DNA from: the human T2T-CHM13v2.0 reference genome, Homo sapiens
Length of the DNA: 64,000 nt
NCBI RefSeq assembly: GCF_009914755.1
Contig: NC_060931.1
Reading direction: 5' to 3' (one strand)
This document shows positions 1-12,016 of this stretch, piece by piece; within the stretch, counting starts at the first letter, position 1; every line of letters starts with the position of its first letter. Position numbers and translations under genes: made by a program. Below the pieces are notes generated by a model, which worked only from the letters and a program-made list of their open reading frames with translations, was not told the DNA's origin and did not search any database.

Positions 1-1817
1 TAATTAAACCCAATCTTGCAACTTCCTCAAGAGGTAGGGAGAAATTTTATTGAAAAAGACGTGGAAGTTAGATAGATTAATCAAAGTATAGTACCAAATC
101 CACGGGTTGGCTTGAGAACAAAAGCCCAGAGTTCAGTGGCTTCCAACTCCCTTTCTCAACAGTCACCCATCAGACTTGGTTTCTTTTTCTTTTTCCCATT
201 CCTAAGGTAATTTTTATTTACATTATCTTCATGTGACTTGGCCTTTAAGGAAATTGTAGAACAAAGGAAATAAATGAACCTTGTGATTTCATCTTTGCCT
301 AAAAGCAAATATTTCCAGACTGTTTTCTATCCTCTCATCCTCATCACATGGTATCCCATTTGCTAATCCCTAAGTCTCTGAGATAATGACTCTTTCAGCA
401 AAGAAAAAGAAGCTACTGACTTCTTCCCCATCAGCCTTCATGGAAAATACTCATGAAAGACTGAAGCAGATACCCAAACACCCTTGTGATTATTCTCGTG
501 AAAAAAAAAAAAAAAAGCAAGAACATTGCCTCTGCTTTCCTTTGACTTACTGGAAATATCTCAGATTTATAGTTTTTATCTTCATGTTCTATGTTGTTTG
601 TAAGTACAGTGACCTGGTCAGTGGGCTGAGGGAGTCTGAGAAGTTGCTGGGAACACTTTTTCTTGCCTCAGTAAGAAAAAGTTGACACCAGAGGGCAACG
701 TATCATTGGCCTTTTGTGAACCGACATCACACTCCCATCTCCAGGGAGTGCAATCACCCTTGGCATGGCCATTTTTATTAATGGAATCAGCAGAGTTGGG
801 CTTGAGCCTGCCCTGTCACCCACACACCTAGGGGTGCTGTGTGACTAAGTGGTATCAGATGACAATGCAGGGAATTTCTAAGGACCCTTAGTGTCCCTTT
901 GTCATCTACAGATGCTCCTCTTCCTAGCAGCAGAATCCCTGCTAGATAGCCAGCTGGTTGTATTATTTCTGTGACTGGCAGTTTTCAGACAATGAGAAAT
1001 CGATCCAGCAAGCAAAGCCCTCGGCACAAAGGATTAGGTTGACTTTTATTTCCAGGAACAGAATACCACTCCCAGCATCCTCCTTTTAGATGACAACTTT
1101 GTTGCCACCTTCCATCGGAATGAAACAGCCCTCTCTCCAGATGGTCTATTCTGTTGCACTCTTTAGTAGACAGAAATCCTTCATACAAATGTTAATCAGA
1201 ATATTCAGATACTTTCATATCCACATGCAAACACAGCCATTGGATAGTATGAGTGAAATAAAATGGGATGCCTGAACAAAACTTCTCTGAACACCAGCTT
1301 AGTCTTCCTGCAAGATTCCATCAGCTGTTGACTGCAGTTGCTATTCAGTAGTTAATCCAGAAACCAGATTTCCCTCTGTCATTGGGGAAAGAAATAGAGA
1401 TGTAGCTATCATTTCAAACATCTCAGGAGTTTCTCATTAAATACTTACTTTTTCCATCTAACCAGTGAATACAACAGAGAACCAGCAGCCTTCTGGCTTC
1501 ATGTTATCTATAGAAGCACAGTTGAGCTGTGTTCAATTGCACTCTTCAAGTTTGAGCAGAGAGGCCTATGAGCAGCTGTTCTTACTGTCATTAAGAAGGG
1601 ACCAGGAAGAGCAAGTTTTGAAGACAAAAAGACATATTTCAGCAAAACATTAATGTCCATTTCTTTTTTGCCTTTCAAAGTACAAGGCATTCTCCTTAAA
1701 CAGCCTAAAGCCCAAATTCTCAAGTGTAGGATTGTTAAAGAAAGTATACAACTATTAAGTTGAACCAGAGAAAATTGCCAACACTAAAACTTTTTGACCT
1801 ATAAAAATAGCAATTTC

Positions 1818-2260
1818 TTTTTTTATTATTATTATACTTTAAGTTCTGGGGTACATGTGCAGAACATGCAGGTTTGTTACATAGGTATACACGTGCCATG
1901 GTGGTTTGCTGCACCCATCAACCCGTCATCTACATTAGGTATTTCTGCTAATGCTGTCCCTCTTTTAGCCCCCCCAACCCCCGACAGGCCCCGGTGTGTG
2001 ATGTTCCCCTCCCTGTGTCCATGTGTTCTCATTGTTCAACTCCCACTTATGAGTGAGAACATGCGGTGTTTGGTTTTCTGTTCTTGTGATAGTTTGTTGA
2101 GAATGATGGTTTCCACAATAGCAAAGACTTGGAACCAACCCAAATGTCCATCAATAATAGACTGGATAAAGAAAATGTGGCACATATATGCCGTGGAATA
2201 CTATGCAGCCATAAAAAAGGATGAGTTTACGTCATTTGCGGGGACATGGTTGAAGGTGGA
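1818..2260 (-). mobile_element. L1PA-type LINE-1 3' end, 5'-truncated with 5' inversion (twin priming)
   Basis: 1818-2115 is the L1 3' UTR on the minus strand (T-rich tail, TATACTTTAAGTTCTGGGGTACATGTGCAG). 2114-2260 is the adjacent ORF2 C-terminal segment in + orientation (TIAKTWNQPKCPSIIDWIKKMWHIY). Perfect 15-bp TSD AAAAATAGCAATTTC at 1803-1817 and 2261-2275. Confidence 0.95.
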
Positions 2261-3261
2261 AAAAATAGCAATTTCATATGGTTCAATCTAACAGGAAAAA
2301 ATTAACATTTTATTTTTGACATACAAAATTTTGCACCAAGACAATTGCTTATAAGCAATATAGGATTTTCTGAATTTCTTTATTTAACATATCAAGGGCT
2401 AAGAAAAAGGGTTTCTCCCAAACCCCCATTTACCTTTAAGGCTCAGCCAGAAAGCCAGAGTCAGCCTGGTACGAGATATTCTGGAACTACAATACACTGT
2501 ATCTCTTACAGAGTTATCAAGGAAGGTTGCATAGTTACTTCAGGAGACTTAAAGGAAAAAGGTAGATCACTTCCTCTGAATGCCATGGAGGGATGTATTA
2601 TATGACCCCAAACAGAAGACAAGTGTAGCATATGAGCAACTAAAAATTCTGAGGCTCTAAGAGGCTGACACTCATTTTGAGTTTGGAGTGCAGGGAGCCA
2701 AAGAAGTGGAATCACAAACAGAAACAGGTTCTATAAAACATAGCTGAGTTACTTGCCTGCTCATGGTCTCAATAAAGAGAAGGTAAAAGATTGGAGAAGT
2801 ATACCATTAACACTGGCATTTACATAGCAGAGCTTTCTCTGAGAATATCCAAATAATTTTTCATGTACACACAAATGCTGGACTTAAATACTCGCTTATT
2901 AAGCTTCGTACCATTCTCAGAAGACTGGAAGAGCAGAGATTGGAATGTCACACAGAACCTCTCTGGGAATGGTGAATATCTAACACTCATCCAATTATCC
3001 CCTCCCACACCCATTGTGGACATCAGTAATCAATCCTGGCACTCTTCCACCAGAGCCAAAAGGAAATCTCAGAATCCTCCTCAACACAGATTCCAGGCAG
3101 CCACTACCAAGTCATCTGAAGCAAAACCAGATATGAAGCCTATTTTCCACAGCCTCATAACCCCTGTAAGTTCTCCTTCTGTGTTTTTGTTAACTCAGTT
3201 ATCTCATCCTTGATGATCCCTCCTCACCCTTGCAACATGCATATTGTGCCCCACCGCATGC

Positions 3262-3394
3262 CCGTCATCCCCTGTAGCATGTCAGTTTTTTAAGTGTGGG
3301 GATATTCATTCTGCTCATTGATGAATCCCCCCAAGCCCCTAGTTCAGTGCTCAGCACATGGTTGGAGCTCAACATATATTTATGGATGAAAGAA
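3262..3394 (+). mobile_element. L2 3'-end fragment
   Basis: Resembles the L2 terminus (CCCCAAGCCCCTAGTTCAGTGCTCAGCACATGGTTGGAGCTCAACATATATTTATGGATGAA). Confidence 0.65.
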
Positions 3395-4135
3395 ACTTTG
3401 TTCACACTTTTTGGGGGCAGCTCTCTCAACACCTCTGTAATGAGCCCTTCCCAGCCCTTCCAGTTCTTTCTCCTCTTCACAAAGCCACACAGTATGGGCA
3501 GCTTCTTGCCAAACTTACCACGCTCTGCCAGTAGACCCCCTCAACAAATCAGTGTTTGTTGAATTAAATTAGAATAAGAACAGACACCTGACTAAATAAT
3601 TGAAATAATCTTACCTCACAGGTGTATGGCACTTTCACTTGTTCAGATATGTGTTTCATTTCATTTCGTTTCATTCAGCCCCATGAGTTGAATAGGGCAG
3701 GAATTACCTCCATTTTGTAGGCAAGGGAACAAGGGGACAGAGGTGATTTTCTCATGATTTGTTCATGTCAGAAGCAGCATCTGTCTGCTCAGGGCTCAGG
3801 GCTCTTTTTACTGGAAAATGCTGCCATTTGATACATTATTTGCTTCAGTTGAGAATATAGCCATATTCTCCAGTTCTACAGGTTTTTGGAAATATATACT
3901 AATTATATTATTGTGGTTATAAATTACATTTTGAGTATTTCACAGGGTATTTTTTAAAGAAAATTTGATTTTACAGCCCAATGAATATTGATATTTTGGC
4001 TCTATTTTGTAGTCGCTAATAAATACTGCTCACGCCACTCATAATCCTCACTCCTGTGTGATTTGTTTACTACCCTCTCCAGTGAAAATAAGAGACTGTA
4101 GGCTCTTTCTCCTTAAGCCCAGAAGTTACCCTTAG

Positions 4136-4475
<340 letters not shown>

Positions 4476-4599
4476 CTTTTGCCTCATTTTTAATATCTCT
4501 GCTGGCCAATCATACCTTCATTTGAGCCTATTAATAACTGCTTATATTCATGGTATTTCCACATCTTTTATTATTCTTATTCTCCCAACCCAGAGGGAT

Positions 4600-4750
4600 A
4601 GAACAAATTTCGTTACCTCCATTTGACAAATGAGAAAAATGAGGCACAAAGAAAGGAAGTGACTTGCCAAAAACCTTTTAATTAGTTAATGGCTCAGTGA
4701 TTATTAGAACCCAATTCTTTTGATCTCAAGTCCTGCTCTCTTTCTGCTCA
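4600..4750 (-). mobile_element. MIR SINE fragment
   Basis: Core-like CCATTTGACAAATGAGAAAAATGAGGCACAAAGAAAGGAAGTGACTTGCC. Confidence 0.7.
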
Positions 4751-4862
4751 AGCCTAATAGCCTTGGTGTGAGCTGTCTTATAGCCATGCAGCCCCTACGG
4801 TGTGCTCAGACAATGGGCTCCGACTGCCTCCTCCACCAGCCCTACAAGGACACCGGATCCTA

Positions 4863-4889
4863 CACAGCAGTCACAGCAGTCACAGCAGT
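4863..4889. repeat. (CACAGCAGT)x3 tandem repeat
   Basis: Three exact 9-bp units. Confidence 0.9.
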
Positions 4890-5883
4890 GCCCTTTCTTA
4901 TTCTGATGCCACCCCAGCTCAGTCCTCACCAGGAAAGGGCAGGCTGCGCTAGACTGCACTGCTGCTCTGCAAAGTGAATGGAAACATCACACAGAGATAA
5001 AGAAGAACACAGAAATCTCATTCCCCTGCTGCCTCGAGGTAGAGAAGAAAGCATTCTCAGCTCCTGCCTCTGAGAGTGGGTTCACCTCCAGAATGTAAAT
5101 GCCAGCCTCCATCCTGTGACGTATCCTACTCTCGAGGCAGGCAAACTGCATGCTCAATGGGGAAGACACATGACTCAGGCTTCAATCCTTCAATCAGATA
5201 AATTTTTAATTCAAGTTCTGTGCAATTTGGCTAACATTAACTTTATTGGGTAATTACCTTATTCGGAGTGCTGTTAACAGCGCTGTCAACAAGAATGTCA
5301 GCTTGCTGCAAGAGATGTGCTTGCTGACAGCAACACAAAGAGAAGCTGAGGCAGGTTTTTCTTTTAACCTATTTATTAAAATTTTATGAGTAAGTTGTTT
5401 TCTCCCTGGTGGGCTTTCCCCTGTAGTATTTATGGGATCACAGCTGCTTGAATGTAAATGCAGTGGCCCAGCCTCGTTGTCATCCACATTAGCTGCCTCT
5501 GAGCCAGAGAAGTCCCCTGGTGGGGGTCTTCTTACCCACCCAGAACCTGACAGGGCAGTGAGGGGCCACTGGCTGGACTTCACCCCCCATCCTGGCAAGC
5601 TAACCAAGGACAGGCAGTGTGCCTCTGGGGGTGGGCCCAGTGAGTTCTGCTCAGAGATGGAGGAAGGACTTCCTGTGCCTGGTTACAGTCAGCTCTGTAA
5701 TGGGGAAGTAATGACCTCATTTGGGAAGCAGATGTTCCCAAAAAGGCAGGAGTGTTAGCGTGAGGCCCTGATGATCCTCCACAGTTGAGCAAATGTGCTC
5801 TCTAGTTGGATAAATTTCAGAAATGCCATGCATCCTTTATTCCCCTCTTGGAGAAGCATAGAGATTCTGAGAACTATCCCTCG

Positions 5884-6337
5884 TGCTATGGGTTGAATTG
5901 CATCCCCCTAAAATTCATATGTTGAAGTTTTAACTCCAGTATCTCAGAATCTGTCCCTTACCTGGAAATAGGGTTGTTGCATATGAAATTAGTTAAGATG
6001 CAGTCACACTGCAGTAGGGCAGGCCCCTGGCCCAGTCCTTACAAAGAGAAGAAACCTGGACAGAGACTCCCACACAGGGAGAATGCCATGTGAAGATGAA
6101 GGTGGAGATCGGGCGACACATCCACAAGCTAAGGAATGCCAAAGTTTGCCAGCAAACCACCAGAAGGTAGGGGAGAGGCCTGGGACAGATGTTCCCTTGC
6201 AGCCCTAAGGAGGAACCAACCCTGCGGACACCGTGATCCTTGACTTCTAGCATCCAGAACTGTGAGACAATACATGCCTATTGTTTAAGCCACCCGGGTT
6301 GTGGTACTTTGTTACAACAGCCCTAGAGACGAACACA
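5884..6337 (+). mobile_element. MaLR solo LTR, MLT1C-like
   Basis: TG...CA ends; GGGTTGAATTGCATCCCCC, ATGTGAAGATGAAGG, CCAGAACTGTGAGACAATA, TTTAAGCCACCC. Confidence 0.9.
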
Positions 6338-6629
6338 AAGGGTAGGACAACTTCCGTGTAGTCACACATCTAGTTAATGTAAAGCCAGGAAGAGAATTCA
6401 GGCCTCCTGGCCTTTTAAAACAGTGCTCTGCCCACTGAATAGTTCTAATCATGCTCAATGTTCATTCCTCAGCTTCAAATCCCATTTGGAATCTGGCAAA
6501 GAAATAGGGATGGGAAGAGAGAAAGGTGGCAGAAGGAAAGGAGAAGGGACAGGAAGAAAGTGGCTCTTTCTCTTTTCTCTTCCTTCTCTTACAGAGCCCT
6601 CATTAATGAAATTAAAATGATATTCATAA

Positions 6630-6875
6630 TGATAGCTAAATTTGTCTAACACTCGCTCTGTTCCAGGCATGGTTCTAAGTCTTCTACATACATTATATAA
6701 CCCTAGCAATGACTTAGATACTGCTAGTATCCTCACCTCACAGTACAGATGAAGAAACTACGGCAAGAAATTTTTAGATAACTCCTTCATTATCACTCAG
6801 CTAATAAACAATGGGTTCAGAATTTGGCCCCAGGCAGCCAGTCTCCAGAACCCAATTCTCACCATTTGGCTATAC
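6630..6875 (-). mobile_element. MIR SINE
   Basis: Degenerate MIR core ACAGATGAAGAAACT plus MIR-like flanks. Confidence 0.7.
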
Positions 6876-7418
6876 ACCTTCATTCCAGTAATACAGAGAG
6901 AAAGGATCTTTGCAACATAAGGTCAAACACAGCCTTTAGCTTTTCTAGTGGTTAAATCTCAGTAAAGCCTCTAAGCAAAAACTTATCACTGTGTTCCAGT
7001 GTTTTTCTAGAACTTGGACTTTTTTAGAAAAAGAGTACTTTGATGACTTATATGCTGGGCATCAAGATATGGTCCATTTTATTCAAGTACTGTATTTTTA
7101 TATATTCAGTTCTTTCTGATCATGTTCCTTTTACAGAGTTTTGCTCTGAGAATCTCTGTTTGTAGTATAAGGAGCATGCTGGATTAAAGGCCTCATTCAG
7201 GAGGCAAAACATATGAGTTTTAGCATCTTTATACATTAGAGCAGAACCATAGACTGTAAAATTTCCACTTCTCCTGCCTCCTTGATGCAAAGCAAGCTGA
7301 GCCATCAACACTGGTGTTACAGTTACAGCAAATCGCTGGCTTTTGTGGAGCAGGTTTGAATTCAAAGATCCTGCACCATTGTCAATACGTGCCAGAGTTT
7401 GAATCACACCAAGTTTCA

Positions 7419-7771
<353 letters not shown>

Positions 7772-8834
7772 TACAGCTACTAATTTTTAAAGTCTATTAA
7801 TCAAACTATATTTCCAAAGAAGCCTTGGCTTTCTCTTAATATTAATCATTTATGCCCAAATACCAACATTGTTTGTACAAATTTTTTTTTTCATTTTCCT
7901 GCCAGGTGTGTGAAAATTAGGGGCCAGATGGAGAAACACTATAGAGAATATGGAAATCATTTGTAGGAGCTTAAAAATACCCTCTCATGCCAGACTGAAG
8001 AAAATGATTTAAAACCTCAAAGATTCTTTGCTTGCCCTGAAGCAAGCAGCCACTGCAATAATTTAACTGGAACCTTTTATTACATTAGTCACTAACTTTA
8101 AAAATGCAAATCTTCTGAATACACCCAACAACTAACAATCTTTCTTCCTGTCTGAAAGGCTTATTCTTTAAGGTTTCTTCTTCTAGGTTCCCTGGGAGTT
8201 CTTTTCTGTCTTTTTTTTTTTTCTCAGCTTATCAGAACATAAAAAATGCATGCTCACATTTTTCTTAAGTCTTGATTTTCCATGTGTACTCTCTAAAATG
8301 CATCTGATTTGTATCAGAATCTTGGAATGCATTGTTTAAAAGGAAAGAAGCTAATTCCAAACATATCCTATCTTTGTACTTTCTAGTTTGGGTTTAACAT
8401 GTAAACTGGTTGGTACCAGACTAAAGCCAAAGAATGGTATAACGCCAGTGGGTTTTAATCTAAATGTATCCTAAGAACACTGAAGCTTCATTGTGGTGAA
8501 CATCACAGATACAAAGGGCTAGGAAGCAAGTCACTCTGTGAGCCCAAAGTCATCCAGGCTCCGACTGAAATTATATGCCCACACTGATAAGAAAAATGTA
8601 TTTGGAAATACAACACTTTGGCCTATTGCCAAATACAGCAATTTCTAGAAACCACACCCACAATCCAGATGCTACCGAGGCACCCATGGGACTCCCCATC
8701 CCCACCTGCATACAGCCTTATTCCTCAGGCTTTCCTCTCAAGCTCTAAGGAAGACACAACTATCTGAAACACCCCAAAATTGTAGTCAAGGCACCAGAAT
8801 TGCACCCCCCACAGCCAGCTTCTCCTTCTTTTAC

Positions 8835-9011
8835 CAGTGGTTCTCACATCAGAATCACCTGAAGTCTTGGAAGCCTCCACCTCCACTGGGCCCTCCTCCC
8901 AAAGTTTCTGATTCTGCAGGTCTGGAGGTGAGGCCCAAGAATGTGCTTTTCTAACACATTCCCAGCGGATGTGAATCTGCTGGTCCCAAGAACATACTTT
9001 GAGAACCTCTG
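8835..9011. mobile_element. MER5A-like hAT MITE
   Basis: TIR-like ends CAGTGGTTCTCA ... TGAGAACCTCTG; internal CATCAGAATCACCTG. Confidence 0.85.
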
Positions 9012-10636
9012 ATTTTAAACAAACAAGAAGGTGCCATTCTAATGCCCAAAGTATTCATACTGGCATATAGATGTTTGGTTTTCACTGCAACAGTTCCCCT
9101 GTATTTGGTTTCCTATTTTACAACACGCAGGATGTGAGGATTCAGATTGCAGGGCTGGGCTACTGTACTTGTTGGGTAACAAACTCTACATTGTAAAAAA
9201 CAATCATGGGCTTTTACAACAGAGGAGCAAACATACCTACTTGTGGCTGAAAACCCTTCACCCTTGATTCAACTGCAAAAAGCCTCACTTGAGAACTAAA
9301 ATGGGGCTCAATTTAGTAAACTCTCTCCTGAGACCAGCTCACTCAAAAGGAGCAAGATGGTCCAGTGTCATCTGGAGGGCACAGTCCTATCTGGCTCTAA
9401 GTAAGTGTCATGACCTCTGGGAGCCTCAAGATGCCTGGAACACAGGAAAGAGATGCAGGGAGCAAAAGTATAGCCCATAGATTATTATGTGGCCTTGGAG
9501 ATTAATATGTGGCCTTGGGAGAAAGAAGTCATCTCTCTTGTCTTCATTTTCTGCCTTGAAATTTGGAAATATTATGATCCTATTCTTCCAACAACTTCTC
9601 AAAGGGCAGTGTTTCCAGTATGGTTTTTGATGGGTCCCTGCACATTCTGTGATAGGTTTGAGCCATTGTGCTTAAGTGCTTGTTGTTTTACTTCCCAGGG
9701 CTCCTAGAAAACAGGGTTCAAGAAGTTACCAGGGAATATTAATAAGCCCTGAAGTCATCTGGGAGATGCCCCGCTGTGGCCCCACCAGCTCTGACCCTGA
9801 TGCTGCTAGGGTACCCAGCTCTCAGGCAATGCTGTCAGCCCAGAGTCTGATTGGACTAAGGAGCCACAGGGCTATTCCTAAGGATGCCTTTTGGTTGCTA
9901 TGTCTGCAGTTTCTTATTTCCCTTTGCAGTTAGAATTCCCTTGGCCTGATGCAAATCCCCAAAGGCAACCTTCCCAGAAATCCCCAGTGCCTGATTGCCA
10001 GCACTACAGAGAATATCATTTGTCTTAATTACTCTGAAGAAAACTGTGGAGACCATTTCACTGTCCTCTCTGGCTGTACAATGCTCGGTTCAGTTGCCAT
10101 TGATGAACTTCTTTTTTTTTTTTCCCTTCGTTCCCTTTCTGAGTGACTCACCTGAAGATAAGAGTTTGAATGGAAACACAGCAGGAACCATGTCCTTTTG
10201 AGAAATTCCTCCAAGTGACATGAAAAAGGAGTGTGGGGATCTCTTGTAACTTAAGTAAGTCATTTAGGCAGCCTTACTTCACCAGTTTCTTATTGGCCTG
10301 TGCAAGATTTTATGTCTAAGAGAGACATCTGGGATGTATTGAACTTGTTCTCCTTCCCCAAACAGTGCTCACCTAAGCTCCTTCCATGACAATCTGGGCT
10401 CAGCATCCTGGAACAAGAGCCCTGCTTTGGAAGAAGAAGAAGTAGACCCAGGTCCTAAAAGGGTGGACCTATAGGTGCTATGACCAGGGAGATCCTAAGT
10501 CCCAAATCCTTCTCATCATATCTTTCATATGCTTTTAGAAACCAGAAGATTGAGTGCGATTTAGATTTGTCATTGCTGTGGGCTCTCAATGGTCCCTAAC
10601 CTCCTTGAGTCGATTAATACCCATTCCTGCTGTGCG

Positions 10637-10905
10637 GGAGCTTGATCTCCCACAACCTTGTGCAGAGGCGGTGACCCTACCCACCTTGGTCTCACTCATC
10701 CAGAATCAGTTGACTATCAGAATGGCTGAGTCACATGGAGTTCAGATCCTGTGCCTAGTGCAGGAACACACCAGCCACAGATTTGACCACTCCAGAGACT
10801 TACCCAAGAGGCGTCCTGAGCTCCCCAGATTCCCATGGAAGGAATGATTATCTTGGTTCCCAAGTGGAATTAAAACCCTTCACTCTGTGTTTCTCCAGTT
10901 TTCCA
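10637..10905 (+). repeat. Inverted repeat arm 1 (not a TE I recognise)
   Basis: Reverse complement of 11762-12016: 18 mismatches in 246 aligned bp by manual alignment, plus 23-bp and 9-bp indels. Confidence 0.97.
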
Positions 10906-11074
10906 GCAACCATGTGTACCTGCAGGAACTTCCTGAGCCCACTAACATCCACTGTATCTCCCAAACACAACTCCTCCTACTTAGGCCAGCCTCCTACTTA
11001 GGGCTCACTTTCCCCTCGCACTATCATCTACCACTTCTCCGCCCGTGGAACTGTTGGGCAGAGGCCCTTGCAGT

Positions 11075-11310
11075 GCAGCAGGTGGGTGCCCCAGCTCTGG
11101 ACCAGGCTGCCTCAGTTAAAATCCAGGCTGCAACACTTACACACTGTCATAGTCAGCAACCATTCTGTGTTTCGGCATCCTCTTCTCTAAAATGGAGATA
11201 ATGATAACAGAGCTAATGTCAGAGAGATGTCAGAAGGGTTCAGTTAAACAGAATTATTTTATGTGGCGTACTTGCCATAATGCCTGGCTAAATAAATGGG
11301 AGCCATTATT
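11075..11310 (+). mobile_element. MIR SINE
   Basis: CTCTTCTCTAAAATGGAGATAATGATAAC ... TGCCTGGCTAAATAAATG. Confidence 0.65.
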
Positions 11311-11419
11311 ATTCTTCAAAACTGAATTCAAATGCCATACATACTCTTTAGGATCTCATCGTTGCCTCTTTTCTCCCTGGACATAAGCTTTCAATAGCCA
11401 TTATCACATGTATTATAAT

Positions 11420-11660
11420 CACAGGTGGCTTCATGATGCAGAGCACACCCCTGCAGCCTGACTGACTACCTGCAAGACTTGCCCCTGCCACACTTAATAG
11501 CTGTATGATCTCTATGCCTTAGTTTCTTTATCTATTGAACGGGATTAATAATAGTACTCACCTCATAGGGTGGTTATGAGGATTAGGCAGGTCATAGGTG
11601 TAAAGCATGTCAGCAGTGTGTGATGCACAGGAAGCATCCCATAACATAATCACTCTCATC
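11420..11660 (+). mobile_element. MIR SINE
   Basis: CACTTAATAGCTGTATGATC..GCCTTAGTTTCTTTATCT..AATAATAGTACTCACCTCATAGGGTGGTTATGAGGATTA. Confidence 0.8.
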
Positions 11661-11669
11661 ATTGAGTAT

Positions 11670-11760
11670 TCATTTGTCTGTCTCTTTCACTAGACTTCAA
11701 GCTCCTGAGGGCAGGGAAATGACTTATTTATTTTTGTATGTTTCATAACCAAAATATAGT
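11670..11760 (+). mobile_element. L2 3' fragment
   Basis: CACTAGACTTCAAGCTCCTGAGGGCAGGGA is typical of the L2 3' region. Confidence 0.65.
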
Positions 11761-11761
11761 T

Positions 11762-12016
11762 TGGATAACTGGAGAAACACAGAGTGAAGGGTTTTAATTC
11801 CACTTGGGAATCAAGACAATTATTCCTTCCATGGGAGTCTGTGACGCCCAGGATGCCTCTTGGTTAGATCTCTGGAGTGGTCAAGTCTGTGGCTGGTGTG
11901 TTTCCCCTCTCCCTGCACCAGGCACAGGATCTGAACTCCATGCGACTCAGCCGTTCTGATAGTCAACAGATTCTGGATGAGTGACCTCTGCACAAGGTTG
12001 TGGGAGATCAAGCTCC
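11762..12016 (-). repeat. Inverted repeat arm 2 (not a TE I recognise)
   Basis: Partner of 10637-10905; also visible as near-identical peptides (AESHGVQILCLVQ...PWKE) in ORFs on opposite strands. Confidence 0.97.

Noticed and set aside
1794-2291. 165-aa ORF
   Set aside because: Chimeric read-through across the inverted L1 junction
10141-10230. Minus-strand donor CAG|GTGAGT at ~10146-10154 (overlaps a TGACTCA)
   Set aside because: No convincing acceptor or recognisable coding frame; isolated splice motifs are common by chance
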